64,000 bases of DNA from Felis catus (Eukaryota). Location: positions 225,806,001 to 225,870,000 of the forward strand of contig NC_058368.1 of the NCBI RefSeq assembly GCF_018350175.1. Direction: 5' to 3'. A program made the position numbers and the translations under genes. The notes beneath the pieces are model-generated. The model saw only the letters and a program-made list of their open reading frames with translations, was not told the DNA's origin and did not search any database. Below, in pieces: positions 38,285 through 49,780 of this stretch (positions are counted from its first letter, which is position 1; every line of letters begins with the position of its first letter).

Positions 38285-38428
38285 CTGTGCTCTCCAAGTG
38301 TGGGTCCCCCATCAGCAGCATCAGCAGCATCTGGGAGCAGGTTCATGGCACATCCCTGGCCTGCGGAGTTAGAGTGGCCGAGGGTGGGGAAGCCCTGTCC
38401 TCGTGATCACCAGCGTTGAAGAACCAGT
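38285..38428. mobile_element. MER5A-like fragment within L2-like sequence
   Basis: ctctccaagtgtgggtccc...cagcagcatcagc...ttgaagaacca. Confidence 0.6.
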
Positions 38429-39199
38429 TAGAAGAAGGGCACCTAGAGAGACCAAGAAGGAATGTTGAGAGAAGCTGGAGCTGAGCACAGGAAGTGGAGT
38501 CTTTGAGCCAAGCATGGGGACAGTGCCAGGACAGAGGGAAGTGGGCTGCAGTGAAGGGCCCCCAGGAGGTCAAGTCAGATGGGATGAACAGTATCAGCTG
38601 CATTTGAAGAGCGGTACCGGAGTCATGGTGGGGGCAGGAGGTAGGTTGTAATTGGTGAGGAGTGACTTGATCACGGGCCATTGGTTAGGACCTTTGGCTT
38701 GAAGAACAGAAGACAAAGGTTAGTAACTGGGAGATGTGTGCTCAGTGATAAGGTTTCTGGAAGAGGCCTGGATAGATTTGTGGCTGAGAGAAAGAGCCAG
38801 TAGAATTTGGAAAGGTCCTGAAGGCAAGAAGGAGGTGGGATAATTTTGGCACAAATTGGAGAAGAGTAGAAGGGAGGGAATCAAGACCTTGGGATGCACC
38901 CTGGCCTTGAAGAAGTTACCTGTGGGATCTTATCCTTGTCTTCAGAGGCTGGAGGGAAGGAGGGATGGAGAAGATTCTGGCAGATGGAGTAAATACTCCA
39001 TGGACTCTTCTTAGTACTGTCCTATTGATAGATCTTCTGTAAATCTCTACCCTTATCCCTTTTGATGAAAAGTGATTCTGGAAATGTTCCTGAAGCAGTT
39101 GGTAAGATTGTGTTAGCCAGTCTGCTCTCACGGGAACTTTTGTTTTATTTCTAACTTAAACCAATTTTGGCAAGAGAAGTAGAGAATTAAAGTTCTAAA

Positions 39200-39463
39200 G
39201 CTGTACAGATCACTAGAAATGCAATACAAGCGACGTATAACATTTAAAATTTCTAGTAGCCGCAGCAAAAAATAAAAAAAAAACAGTGAAAGTAATTTTA
39301 ATAATATATTTTACTTGATTGATACACCCCAAATCTCATCAGAACATGTAGTCAATATGAAAATTAGTAATGAGATGTTTTACATTCTTTTTTTTTTCTG
39401 TGTCTTGAAAGCCTGCACTAGCCACAGTTCCTGTGCTGGGTGGCTGCCATATTGGACGGTGCA
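39200..39463. mobile_element. MER33-like hAT-Charlie element
   Basis: aaaatttctagtagcc, taattttaataatatattttacttga and gtggctgccatattggac. Confidence 0.8.
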
Positions 39464-39536
39464 TCTCTAGAGTCCATACGGTTCTGTAGCACTGAACGCT
39501 GATAGAAGAAATAAAAATGTGCCTGTTCTTAGGAGG

Positions 39537-39990
39537 TAACAAAGACTCTTTGGTCAGCCTCCTCTGAGCTCTTTTGCATCTAGGCTATATCCTTGGGTAT
39601 GTTCTCAAGAACCCAGTTTGCTTGCTTGTTTTTAAGTTTTTATTTATTTAAGTAATCTCTACACCCAACAAGGGGCTGAAACTCACGACCCCAAGATCAA
39701 GTGTTGCTTCCTCCTCCAACTGAGCTAGCTAGGCACCCCCTCAAGAACCCAGTTTTAGCAGGAGTCCTGTCAGGTCCGTTTAGCGGGAACCCCTCACCCT
39801 TGACATCTGATCATCCTCAGTCTCTGACCAAATTCCTCATCTCCCAACTCCCCAGGTAATATCTGACCACCTTGGCCTCCCTTCAGCAAGAATGCCATCA
39901 GGTCAGCTTGGCAAAGAATCACCCTCCCTATCTTAGTAATTTTCTGTGCACCAGTGACTCCCCCCTCCTGCACCGGTACCCAGCACTTGG
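39537..39990 (+). mobile_element. MER31-like ERV1 LTR, interrupted by a SINE
   Basis: taacaaagactc, cccagttttagcagga, aaattcctcatc, ccttcagcaagaat and cttagtaattttc. Confidence 0.8.
39620..39739 (-). mobile_element. Short old tRNA-Lys-derived Can-SINE
   Basis: Perfect 16-bp TSD ctcaagaacccagttt at 39604-39619 and 39740-39755; agagattactt tail on the minus strand. Confidence 0.9.
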
Positions 39991-40773
39991 CCATTCATGA
40001 TAATATTGCCCTGTAACCCTCAAGAGAGGGAGGATCCCTCCTATTGTCTCTGATAGAAAGTTCCAGAGCCTTAGTGAATGCTGCCAAAGAAGAGTGGGAA
40101 GAAAAAAGTCAGACCAATGATTATGTGAAGAGAAAAAGCAACATCAAGAAAAGTGGACAATTAGCTTTGATATGGCAGCGACTTCCTTAGGTCATCCTAT
40201 ACGACTGAACTGCAAAGGAAATAAAAATGCTTGTTTAACATATACTACTGAAACCGAATGTATACAGATTTTGGGGGAGTATGAATACAAGACAACTTGA
40301 ACTGTGGAAGTGTGTGGCACACGAGCTTTCGCCAGAATGTGTGGCTTCTGCTGTCTGTTCAGCTGGAGAAGTGAAAAGAATGCTCTGCACTCGGGTCTCT
40401 CCTAATTGGTCAACGGTGGGTCTCCTGACTTTGCCGGGCCCCTTTTCTTCAGCACCCAAAATGTTGGATGGCTTCTGGGGCCCTCAGGGTTTCTCCCACG
40501 TCTGTATGCTGTGAGTCCTTTCGTCCAGGATGCCCAGTGAATTGCAGGTCAGCAGTGCCGAGGAAACCCTTGCAACCCCAGCCCCCCACAGGGCTGAAGG
40601 TGGCACTGACGTTAGGAAGCCACCCGCTGTGTCAGCGATGTAGCTACACTCTGGTTTCTGTTACGGTGTTGTCCCTGTTCCCCCCCTCATCCTTGTGAAT
40701 TTCAGAAGCTCACACATTTATACCTAAAGGAGGATCCATTGTTGGAGCAAGTAATTTAAAAATGCATGAAGGA

Positions 40774-40998
40774 GGGGCGCCTGAGTGGCGCAGTCGGTTA
40801 AGCGTCCGACTTCAGCTCAGGTCACGATCTCGCGGTCCCTGAGTTCGAGCCCCGCGTCGGGCTCTGGGCTGACGGCTCGGAGCCTGGAGCCTGTTTCCGA
40901 TTCTGTGTCTCCCTCTCTCTCTGCCCCTCCCCCGTTCATGCTCTGTCTCTCTCTGTCCCAAAAATAAAAAAAATAAAAAAAAAATAAAAAGTTGAAAA
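40774..40998 (+). mobile_element. Young felid Can-SINE
   Basis: Perfect TSD aaaaatgcatgaagga at 40758-40773 and 40999-41014. Confidence 0.97.
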
Positions 40999-41199
40999 AA
41001 AAATGCATGAAGGAGTACTTAAAGGAAGTATTTTAATAAATATTTCATATTAGTAGTAAGTCATCTGTTGGGACACTAATCAGTTGTCCTTTGAACTGAG
41101 AAGCACATTTCAGGAATCTATTTAGTTCTGTAGTAACTAACCAACTAAGTTTGACGACAGCTATACTCAAAAGTTCAAATGTTTATTTATTTTATTTTT

Positions 41200-41414
41200 T
41201 TAATTTTTTTTAACGTTTATTTATTTTTGAGACAGAGAGAGACAGAGCATGAATGGGGGAGGGGCAGAGAGAGAGGCAGACACAGAATCGGAAGCAGGCT
41301 CCAGGCTCTGAGCCATCAGCCCAGAGCCCGATGCGGGGCCCGAACTCACGGACCGCGAGATCGTGACCTGACCTGAAGTCGGACGCTTAACCGACTGAGC
41401 CACCCAGGCGCCCC
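41200..41414 (-). mobile_element. Felid Can-SINE nested in the tail of the next SINE
   Basis: TSD tattttattttt at 41188-41199 and 41415-41426. Confidence 0.95.
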
Positions 41415-41426
41415 TATTTTATTTTT

Positions 41427-41624
41427 GAGAGAGAGAGAGCGAGAGCCCACATGAGCAAACGGGAGGAGCAGAGAAAGAGGGAGACAGAGGATCTGAAGCA
41501 GGCTCTGTGTTGGCTGCAGCGAGCCCGATGCAGGGCTTGAGATGCGGGGCTCGAACTTACAAACTGTGAGATCACGACGTGAGCTGAAGTCATAAGCTCA
41601 ACTGACTGAGCAACCCAGGTGCCC
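41427..41624 (-). mobile_element. Older Can-SINE (host; tail extends to about 41178)
   Basis: Antisense SINE with a 14-bp internal tandem duplication at 41527-41554. Confidence 0.9.
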
Positions 41625-41762
41625 ATGCGCTCAGATATTCAAAAAATAGTAAACTGGGAGTTTAGGGGAACAAGAGTTAAAACTAATGGGGTAGAATTGT
41701 TAAAATTGAGAGTTAGATCGTAGAATTAGCTTTTTGGCGTTGATAAGTGTGAAGTGCTGAGT

Positions 41763-41991
41763 GGGAACCTGGGTGGCTCAGTTGGTTAAGCCTCTGACAC
41801 TGGTTTTGGCTCAGGTCATGATCTTGAAGATGGCGAGGTTGGGGCCCATGTTGGGCTCCATGCTGACAGTACAGAGCCTTCTTGGGATTCTCTCTCTCCC
41901 TGTTTCTCTGCCCCTTACCCCCTCCCCGCTCATGTACATACACCCATGCTGCGTGTGCTCTCTCTCAAAATAAATAAACAAACTTTAAAAA
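41763..41991 (+). mobile_element. Can-SINE (diverged)
   Basis: Head gggtggctcagttggttaagc, A tail and gtgctga TSD remnant. Confidence 0.9.
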
Positions 41992-42416
41992 AGGTGCTGA
42001 AATATTCTCACTGATAATGTTTGCAGTGTTGCAACTTTTCTAACAATACAGCACCCTGCTTTGGGTCTGAGAGGCATTTGCAAAACCTGATTTTCAGAAC
42101 TCTGCTATGACTGTTTTCTTTCAAGGTCAAAAGTGTTTGAGTTATGTGTTTGAGTATCTGCACTGACTTAACCTCAGACTTTGAAGTCTGGAGCTTTCAA
42201 TCTTGTGTGAGGTATTAAAGAAATTGTCAGAATTGTGACATGCGTGTGTCACAAAACAGCTGACACTATCCCAAAGAAAGCAGATTAATATGTTATCTGC
42301 TTCAACTCTTCCGTTCTTTAATGCTCTAGAAATCACTTTGACACACGTAAATGTCAAATATACATTAAATGTAGATAAATTGCTATGTAGTAACAATGGG
42401 ACATACACATCTAAAA

Positions 42417-42615
42417 TTTTTTTTAATGTTTGTTTATTTTTTGAGAGAGAGAGACAGCATGAGTGGGGGAAGAGCAGAAAGAGAGGCAGACACAGAATCT
42501 GAAGCAGGCTCCAGGCTGTCAGCACAGAGCCGGACATGGGGCTTGAACTCACGAACCTGAGATCATGACCTGAGCCGAAGGTGGACACTTAACCACTGAG
42601 CCGCTCAGGTGCCCC
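42417..42615 (-). mobile_element. Can-SINE
   Basis: Antisense SINE consensus. Confidence 0.92.
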
Positions 42616-42647
42616 GTGGAACACACACGTTTTTAAAAGTAAAACTT

Positions 42648-42708
42648 TCTTCCTTCCTTCCTTCCTTCCTTCCTTCCTTCCTTCCTTCCTTCCTTCCTTC
42701 CTTCCTTC
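42648..42708. repeat. (TTCC)n microsatellite at a SINE tail
   Basis: Read directly. Confidence 0.95.
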
Positions 42709-42898
42709 CATTTATTTTTTGAAAGAGAGAGAACAAGCAGGGGAGGGGCAGAGAGAGAGGGAGACACAGAATCCGAAGCAGGCTCCAGGCTCTGAGCTGT
42801 CAGCACAGAGCCTGACGTGGGGCTCGAACCCACGAACTGTGAGACCATGACCTGAGCTGAAGTCAGACGCTTAACCGACTGAGCCACCCAGGCTTCCC
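42709..42898 (-). mobile_element. Can-SINE
   Basis: Antisense SINE abutting the next SINE's tail. Confidence 0.93.
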
Positions 42899-42980
42899 TG
42901 TTTCTATTTGTTTTGAGAGAGAGAGAGAGAGCACGTGGGGGGGGGTGGTGGCGGAGAGGGAGGGAGAGAGAGAGCACACA

Positions 42981-43014
<34 letters not shown>

Positions 43015-43143
43015 GAGAATCTTAAGCAGCCTCCATGTTCAGTGCAGAGCTTGACATGGGGCTCGATCTCAAAAATCATGAGATCGTGACTTAAGCTGAA
43101 ATCAAGTGTCAGACGCTTAACCAACCAAGCCACCCTGGCACCC
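42899..43143 (-). mobile_element. Older Can-SINE
   Basis: Antisense SINE with an expanded AG tract. Confidence 0.9.
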
Positions 43144-43321
43144 GAAAAGTATGTCTCTTAATAATTAGATCCTGCTTACTACTTTACCTAATGTTCCTAA
43201 TCAGGAAAAAAAAATGATCTCAACTTTTTATGCAAAGCTTTTAGGGTATATTCCTAAAAGAACCTCGGTAGTATTTTTCTTAGCCTTTTTTTTTTTAAAT
43301 GAAGAAGGAGCTATACTTTCT

Positions 43322-43604
43322 TTTTTAAATTGAGATATATTTGACATATAACGTGCATTTCAGGTGCACAACATAGTGATTTGATATTCATATGTACTGA
43401 GAAGTGATCAACATGATGTCGAGTTAACATCCACACACACAGTTAACAATTTTTTTTTCTTGTGATGAGCACTTTTAAGATCCATTTTCTCAGCACCTTT
43501 CAAATACACGATACAGTGTTATACTCTGTCATCACCATGCTGTACATTACACCCCCCAGGACTTCCTTATTTTATAACGGGAAGTTTGTACCTTTCGACC
43601 ACCT
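43322..43604 (-). mobile_element. L1 3' fragment (L1MA9/carnivore-like)
   Basis: ttgagatatatttgacatataac, cttgtgatgagcacttttaagatc and caccatgctgtacattaca. Confidence 0.85.
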
Positions 43605-45449
43605 AGGTGCAACCTTCTAGCCTCTTTAGAAGCAGGAAAAATTGAAGTGATTTTTGTCCTGCTCATAGAAGCTGCAGCAAATGAGGGTACTTGGTGATTG
43701 ATTACACGTATGTAACGATGAGCCAAGCTATAAAAATATCTTGGGCACGCGGCCCAGCCGTGTGCCAATGTCAGGCTGCTTGCTCTCTGATGACAGAGGG
43801 GAGTCTGTGGGAGGAGCCCTGTTGCCCAAAAGAACACACGGGCTCATTTGTGTCCATACCCATTCTGGGTTGAGAAATCGAGATGACCCAAAGGAAGATT
43901 TTCTTGCAAAACAGTGTCCCTCAAAACACAATTGTTCTTGGTGTGTGTTTCTCTCTCTCTCTCTTTTTTTTCCCCTTTGGAGTAAACGACCTCTTGCTCA
44001 GTGGCTGAGCGTTCTCAGAACAAACACGGCTCTCAGCTCTGGCACGTCCAGCCCATCTCACTCTCCGCCCCCAGCCTCCTCCTCTGAGTCGGAGATATGA
44101 TGGCCCAGGCTGAAGTTTTAGGCTCCCCATGGCCATGCCACCCTTCAGTGGGTGCCTCGTCATGCCAGGAAAAGAAAACAAGAAATGGGAAAGAAAAAGG
44201 GTGGGCAGGTCTAGGTGAAGTCATCCCAATAAAGGTTAATAGCTGGGCGGTGACACCTTCTCACACCACTGGAGAGAAAATGCTTGCTCCCAGCTGCCTG
44301 TCACGGTACTGGGAGTAAGAGGTGACCTATTTATTTTTAGAAGGGGACAGTCATAATAACCCGGCTCCTAGCTTCATTCAAGGCAGGCAGGTGCTTTGGA
44401 CGTTTGTAAACACCTACTTTCTGAAGAAGGGAGGAGCGCTTTTTTTTTTTTTTTTTCAAAAGGGAAAGAACTTGAAGGCTGGGGATCTTCCCCCGGGACA
44501 CTTGCTGTTGAGTGGAGAAGAAGCCATTGTAGCACACGAGTGCTACAGCCGTGTCCACTCGGCCATTATTTTTATAGAGGGCAGAAATGCCTGAAGGTGA
44601 CGACTTTGGACCAGGCCAAAGGTAATTGCGATATATATTTACTTTTTCTTGAGTCTCTTTTATTTGCTAGTTATCTTTTTTAAAAGGCATTATCACTCAT
44701 TTCAAAGTAGTTTAAAACAAACAAAAAAAAAAGATGAGGAGTGCCACCCCTCAATTCCAGGAAACTGAAGAGAGAGACCTAAAATTAACCGAACATACAC
44801 TAGAAACATAGGTGAATAAGTGTTTTTCTTAAATGAGGAAGGCATGGCCTGAAAGTTTACAAAATGTTTCCCCCTACACCGTGTAGAATCCACTTGAATT
44901 TTTTGATGTTCTTTAACTTTAGATAATGGTTGTTGGAAATCTAAGCTAGCGAATATTTTGTAAAATGTTTGAACACTTCTAAAGGTTAAAAATTAGACCA
45001 ATATACCAATTATGACATGGTGATACTTCCTTTTTTTGCTATAGTTCTTATCTTTGGAAATGTGATCAGTCCCCCCGCCCCCCCCCCCATGCAGTACATT
45101 AATTGTATCGGTGTTTTTATTAACATTGAGCTCTAAGAAGGGGGAGAGCCAGGAAGAGAAGCAGGCAGTTATTCCTGCTAATATGGGCCTGACGTGTGCC
45201 CACAGTGAAAGTCTCCATTTCTAGCCCCGTGGCTGTGTTCATAAACTTTGTATGGATCGGTTTCACTGGAATGCTAAGTAGGGCCATTGAGATTCAGATA
45301 GGAAGGAGAAAGAAAACTGTTAAAAACAGAAAGGAGTTAAATGACAGTCTTATTATTGTCAGAAAAAGTGGAAACTGCTAACTCTTTAGGAACAGGAATG
45401 CCAAAATATGTTTTTGTCCTCCTACTAAAGACAAGCATCCCTTAAAGGC

Positions 45450-45646
45450 ACAGCATAGGGAATAGTCAGTGGTATTGTAACAGTGCTGTGTGGAGACAGG
45501 TGGTGGCTACACTTGTGGGGGTTGCAGCATAATGTGCACACTTGTCCCATCACTGTGTTGTACACCTGAAACTAATGTGACATTGTGTGTCATCTATACT
45601 CCCCCCCCCTCCCCCCCCCCCCCCCCCCGCCAAAAGAAAACAAAAT
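45450..45646 (+). mobile_element. Short carnivore L1 3' end
   Basis: tgttgtacacctgaaactaatgtgacattgtgtgtc; catccctt on both flanks (45436-45443, 45650-45657). Confidence 0.8.
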
Positions 45647-45675
45647 ACCCATCCCTTTTCAGCCATGGCTATAAG

Positions 45676-45677
<2 letters not shown>

Positions 45678-45727
<50 letters not shown>
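45678..45727. repeat. (GT)n microsatellite, about 25 units
   Basis: Read directly. Confidence 0.97.
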
Positions 45728-45729
<2 letters not shown>

Positions 45730-46629
45730 GTGTAGTCCTGTCCTTAAAAGCTTCTGTTTAGTTTTCTAGTCTTTATTTTCTTCCACATTCTTTTCCAGTA
45801 CATTAAAGGGGACATTCAGTTGACATTTAATTTAATAATGAAACAACTTTCCACATAAAATGAGACGTTAAATCGAGTACCTAAAGATGACATTTATGAA
45901 AGTGCCTAGATTCAGCCCATGGACTAACTAGTTAAGAAAACATTTTCAGAGAAGTGTGAATGCCAATTTAGGTTTGAGATGATGGGTTGATCTGTTGATA
46001 CTGTGTCCCCCGCCATGTCATTTCAACACTTGTGAAATCAGAACTTTGTCTTTTTCTCTTTGCATCATGGCATTCCTCCCAGCTCCCTGCATAGAATTTT
46101 GCACAGGAGAGGCGTTTTTAATAAATATTTGTTGGATGAAATGTATTTATAAAGCATTTTAACACCTGCAGCAAATATTTAGGCAGCCTGATCATCTCAG
46201 AAACTAAAGGGAGAGATTCGGCAGAAATGTAGGAAAGGTGCCTCTAATGAAATGTAACATTATCACAATTAAATTAAGTAGTAAATAATTATTGGTAATT
46301 ATACATATTTGGAATGAACTGTTTTAGACATAAACAAACATAAGATCTTTTGGTTTTTACAAAGGGTAAACAGGCGAGAAGACGACTCTTAAGTATATAC
46401 AACATACAAGTATCTATTAATGGTTCTTAGGACTGTTACCAAGGACTAATAATATATTTTCTGAAAATGGGAAACTCCTTCTCACTCCTTTGAAGTGCTG
46501 GACCCCTACCCAATTTTTTTATTTTGATAAGGTAAATGTCAGCTCTTAACAGTTAATGGTTTTCTATACAAAATACTTTGTTTTGCCTCATACATTCTTT
46601 TTTCCCTCTATCTGTGCAGAAAGTGAGAA

Positions 46630-47080
46630 AGGGCGCCCAGGCCAGGGGAAATTTTAGAGCCAGGCCAGAAATAAAATATTGCGCTTGAGGGGGAATTTTA
46701 CTCTCGCTGCATTTGAGATTGGATGCCGTTGGCTCACTCCCTCTGGTGCCACGTCTGAAGGAGAAAGAACTATTACAGCTTGTGGCTGCTGACAAAACGT
46801 GTTCTCAGCGTTCACGTTCAGCCGGTTCTGGTTGAATTTCACAGTCAGGCTCTTTTCGTGTTACTTTCGTCCCATTTTGCAATTTGGCGACCCGAATTGT
46901 AACAGGCAGTGTTTGTAACAGGCAGTGAGCTAAATCTGCATTTAGTCTTGGAAATCGGCGGAAACCAAACGCTGCGGAGCTCCAGGCACACCGGGCCCGA
47001 CCGCCGTCTGCACGGAGGGTCCACGGGCTCCAGGGTACGATCTTGTTTCACCAAACGGACGAACGTGAGCACACGTGCCT
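46630..47080. promoter_or_regulatory. CpG-retaining unique patch (candidate enhancer or orphan CpG island)
   Basis: About 28 CpGs in ~450 bp by hand count; no repeat recognised. Confidence 0.4.
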
Positions 47081-47726
47081 GGGAGGGGAAGGGGCAGAGG
47101 AGAGACCCTCCTCCTCCTTGCTGTTTATCTCGTTCCCTGAAATAGACGCTCTTGGTGAGAGCTTCCACAGACCCTCCATGCCAGTGTCAAGGTCAGGAGA
47201 TGAGGGGAGAGGGTGTGAAAGGTGCCATCCCGAAGCAGGGTAAGGAAGGCAGACACCCAGGCAGGAAGCACTTGGTGCCAGAGGAGAAGGAAAAAGCGTG
47301 GGGGCGGTAACCAGGGAAACAGACAGGATCAAGAAATGTGAGGAAAATTACAGTCTGGCCAGAGGCCCGGCCCTCCACGGTTTCCTGCCCCACCTCATTT
47401 TGGTCTCCATCGTGGAGGCAGCAGCATAGCCCCTCAGGTGTCTTTAGCAATGGGGAGGGGGGAGGCTTAGGTAGGTGACACGTGTCCTATTCCAGCTGCC
47501 AGGAAGGGGGATGGACCCTAGGCTACCAAGACTGAGCATTCAACGTGCCTTATCATAGGAGCACTTCCCCAGGAGATCCCTGGGTCACTCTGTATGTGTC
47601 TAAGTGCTGCATCGAGGCCACTTCCTGTGCCAGGTGACAGGGTGATGAGTTAGGCCCCCGCTTTCACAGGACATACTGTCTGAATGGGGAAGACAGACAC
47701 TAAACAAGTTAAAACAAATAAGGAAA

Positions 47727-47728
<2 letters not shown>

Positions 47729-47770
<42 letters not shown>
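47729..47770. repeat. (AT)n microsatellite, about 21 units
   Basis: Read directly; begins within the left TSD and runs to the SINE tail. Confidence 0.97.
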
Positions 47771-47773
<3 letters not shown>

Positions 47774-47966
47774 AAATTTATTTATTTTGAGAGAGACAGA
47801 GCATGAGCAGGGGAGGAGGGGCAGAGAAAGAGGGAGACAGAGAATCCCAAGCAGGCTCTGTGAGGCGGAGCCCGATGCAGGGCTCAAACCCACGAAACCA
47901 TGAGATCGTGACCTGAGCCGAAATCGAGAGTCGGACACTTAACCGACTGAGCCCCCCAGGCACCCC
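47771..47966 (-). mobile_element. Can-SINE
   Basis: TSD aggaaagaatat (47721-47732) / aggaaagagtat (47967-47978). Confidence 0.94.
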
Positions 47967-48682
47967 AGGAAAGAGTATCTTAGATACTAAGGGCTAAAAA
48001 TTGTCTTAGCAGTAATGTGGGGGAATGCTTGGTGTGTGTGATAGGAAAAGAGCACTTATGAAAGCCTCTCCAAGGGGGTGTCCTTGAGCTGAGATTTGAA
48101 GGAGCCAGTCATGTGGGGTGTGGGGAGAGCGCAGTCCGGGAGGCAGACCCAGCACAAGCACTGACCCCGAGAGGGGAGCACAGTGATGCCTGCTAGGAAC
48201 AGGAGGGCACAGGGATGGGGGCCAGTGCATAGGAAAGAGGCTGAGGCTGGGTCAGGCAGGAGGCTGGATGTTATTTAGAGAGGTGAGGATTCATTAAGGG
48301 GTTTGGAGCAAGGGGATTGGGATACGGGGCCATCTGTGTTCTTCAGCGACGTTATCAGGTAATATGCTTTTGTGAATTGGCCTGAGAGCCTCCGAGCCAT
48401 GTGTAACTTCTCATGAAGCATGGATTCTGACATGTAAAAAATGCTAATGTTTGGAACATCACAGCTTCATAAGTTGGGAATTAGCCATATCGGTATTTCA
48501 GAAATCAGTATAAATCAGACATCAAGAAAATCCAAGGATACAGGTTGATCTATTGGAGGTTAAAGACAGCACTATTTATGAAGGTAGTTTGTGGTCACCC
48601 TCGGGTCCCCTGCGTGATGCTAGAGCCCTGTCCCAGGTGCTGGGACTTAGGGGCTCTACCTTCCACAGAAAGAGGGCAACTT

Positions 48683-48897
48683 TATGTATGTATGTATGTA
48701 TGTATGTTTATTTTTGAGAAAGAGAGTGTGCGCACACGAGTGGGGCAGGGGCAGAGGGGGGTGAGGGGGACAACGATCCGAAGCGGGCTTACACGGACAG
48801 GAGAGAGAGCCTGATGGCGGGGTTCAGACTCCGAACCGTGAAATCATGACCTAAGCCAAACTTGGATGCGTAACCGACTGAGCCACCCAGGCGCCCC
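48683..48897 (-). mobile_element. Can-SINE with (TATG)n tail
   Basis: Antisense SINE; degenerate TSD aagagggcaactt / aagagagcaactt. Confidence 0.9.
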
Positions 48898-49583
48898 AGA
48901 AGAGAGCAACTTCAGACAGAGTCTGACCCAGTGGGGTGGGCTCTGAGTGTGTGACAGGCTCCAGCGTCATTTTATTTGCACAAGTAGCTCGTAAATCCAC
49001 GGTAAAGAAGGGTGACTAGTATCTTGCTAACCATGGGACAAGGAAAGCTCACTGATAGGACGGCCCCTTGAAGATCCCAGGTAGCAGTTGTTTTTAGATT
49101 GTCCAGAAGCATCTGCTTATGTCTTACCCAGACCTAATCCTTATCCAGTAAGTGGAATGTCATCAAAAGGACAATGTGCATTTTTAGTGATTAGGAAACA
49201 AAATACTGGCTGCTCACAGGGGACTCTCTGAAGCATTGTTATTTGACTCGTCATATGACATAAGAAAGCCTTAAAAATTTGATTGAAGAAGGCCACTGAG
49301 CCTCTAAAACCGTAACTGTGTAATAGCAATTTCGATTGCTCCCAGATCATGCTGCCTTGTGCTGGACTGGTTCACACAGCAGTGAAGCGAAGGCGTTGCT
49401 GTTTGAAGGCAAGCAGCGGACTGAGCCTGTGAAGTTAGACACAGATATTTAGATGGTGGTGACGCACTGGGTGGGCTTGATGTTCAGGAAGGGCAGTATG
49501 GTTGGCACACAAGGACGAAGGAGAGAGTAGTGGGAAGTGAGTGAGAGAAGTATGGAAAGAGCCCCTCATTGAGCCTTGCTGGG

Positions 49584-49780
49584 AATGCCGTGCTGGTTGA
49601 TGTTTAACATCCGACTCTTGGTGGGGGGGGGAGGGATGGGGGAGGGGGAGCTCTGATCTTTAAGCATTTGTTGATCCCTTGCGAGGCCACCCACCTGAGG
49701 TCACCAAAAGTGGAATTGGGAAAAGATGCCCAACATTGGTTCTTGCAAGCTGGAGCGGGTCGACACCAGCACACAAAGTG
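49584..49780. mobile_element. MER63A-like hAT element
   Basis: gtgctggttgatgtttaaca...ggaattgggaaaagatg...ccagcacac. Confidence 0.7.

Larger units (their letters stand above)
47600..48350 (-). mobile_element. L2 fragment, interrupted by a SINE
   Basis: tgtgccagg...tctgaatggggaagacagacactaaacaa and ttgagctgagatttgaagga. Confidence 0.65.

Noticed and set aside
38920..38948. Minus-strand 29-nt exon-like segment (ccttccctccag|...cag|gtaact, SEDKDKIPQ)
   Set aside because: Lies in L2-like purine-rich sequence that supplies the pyrimidine tract by default; no partner exons found.
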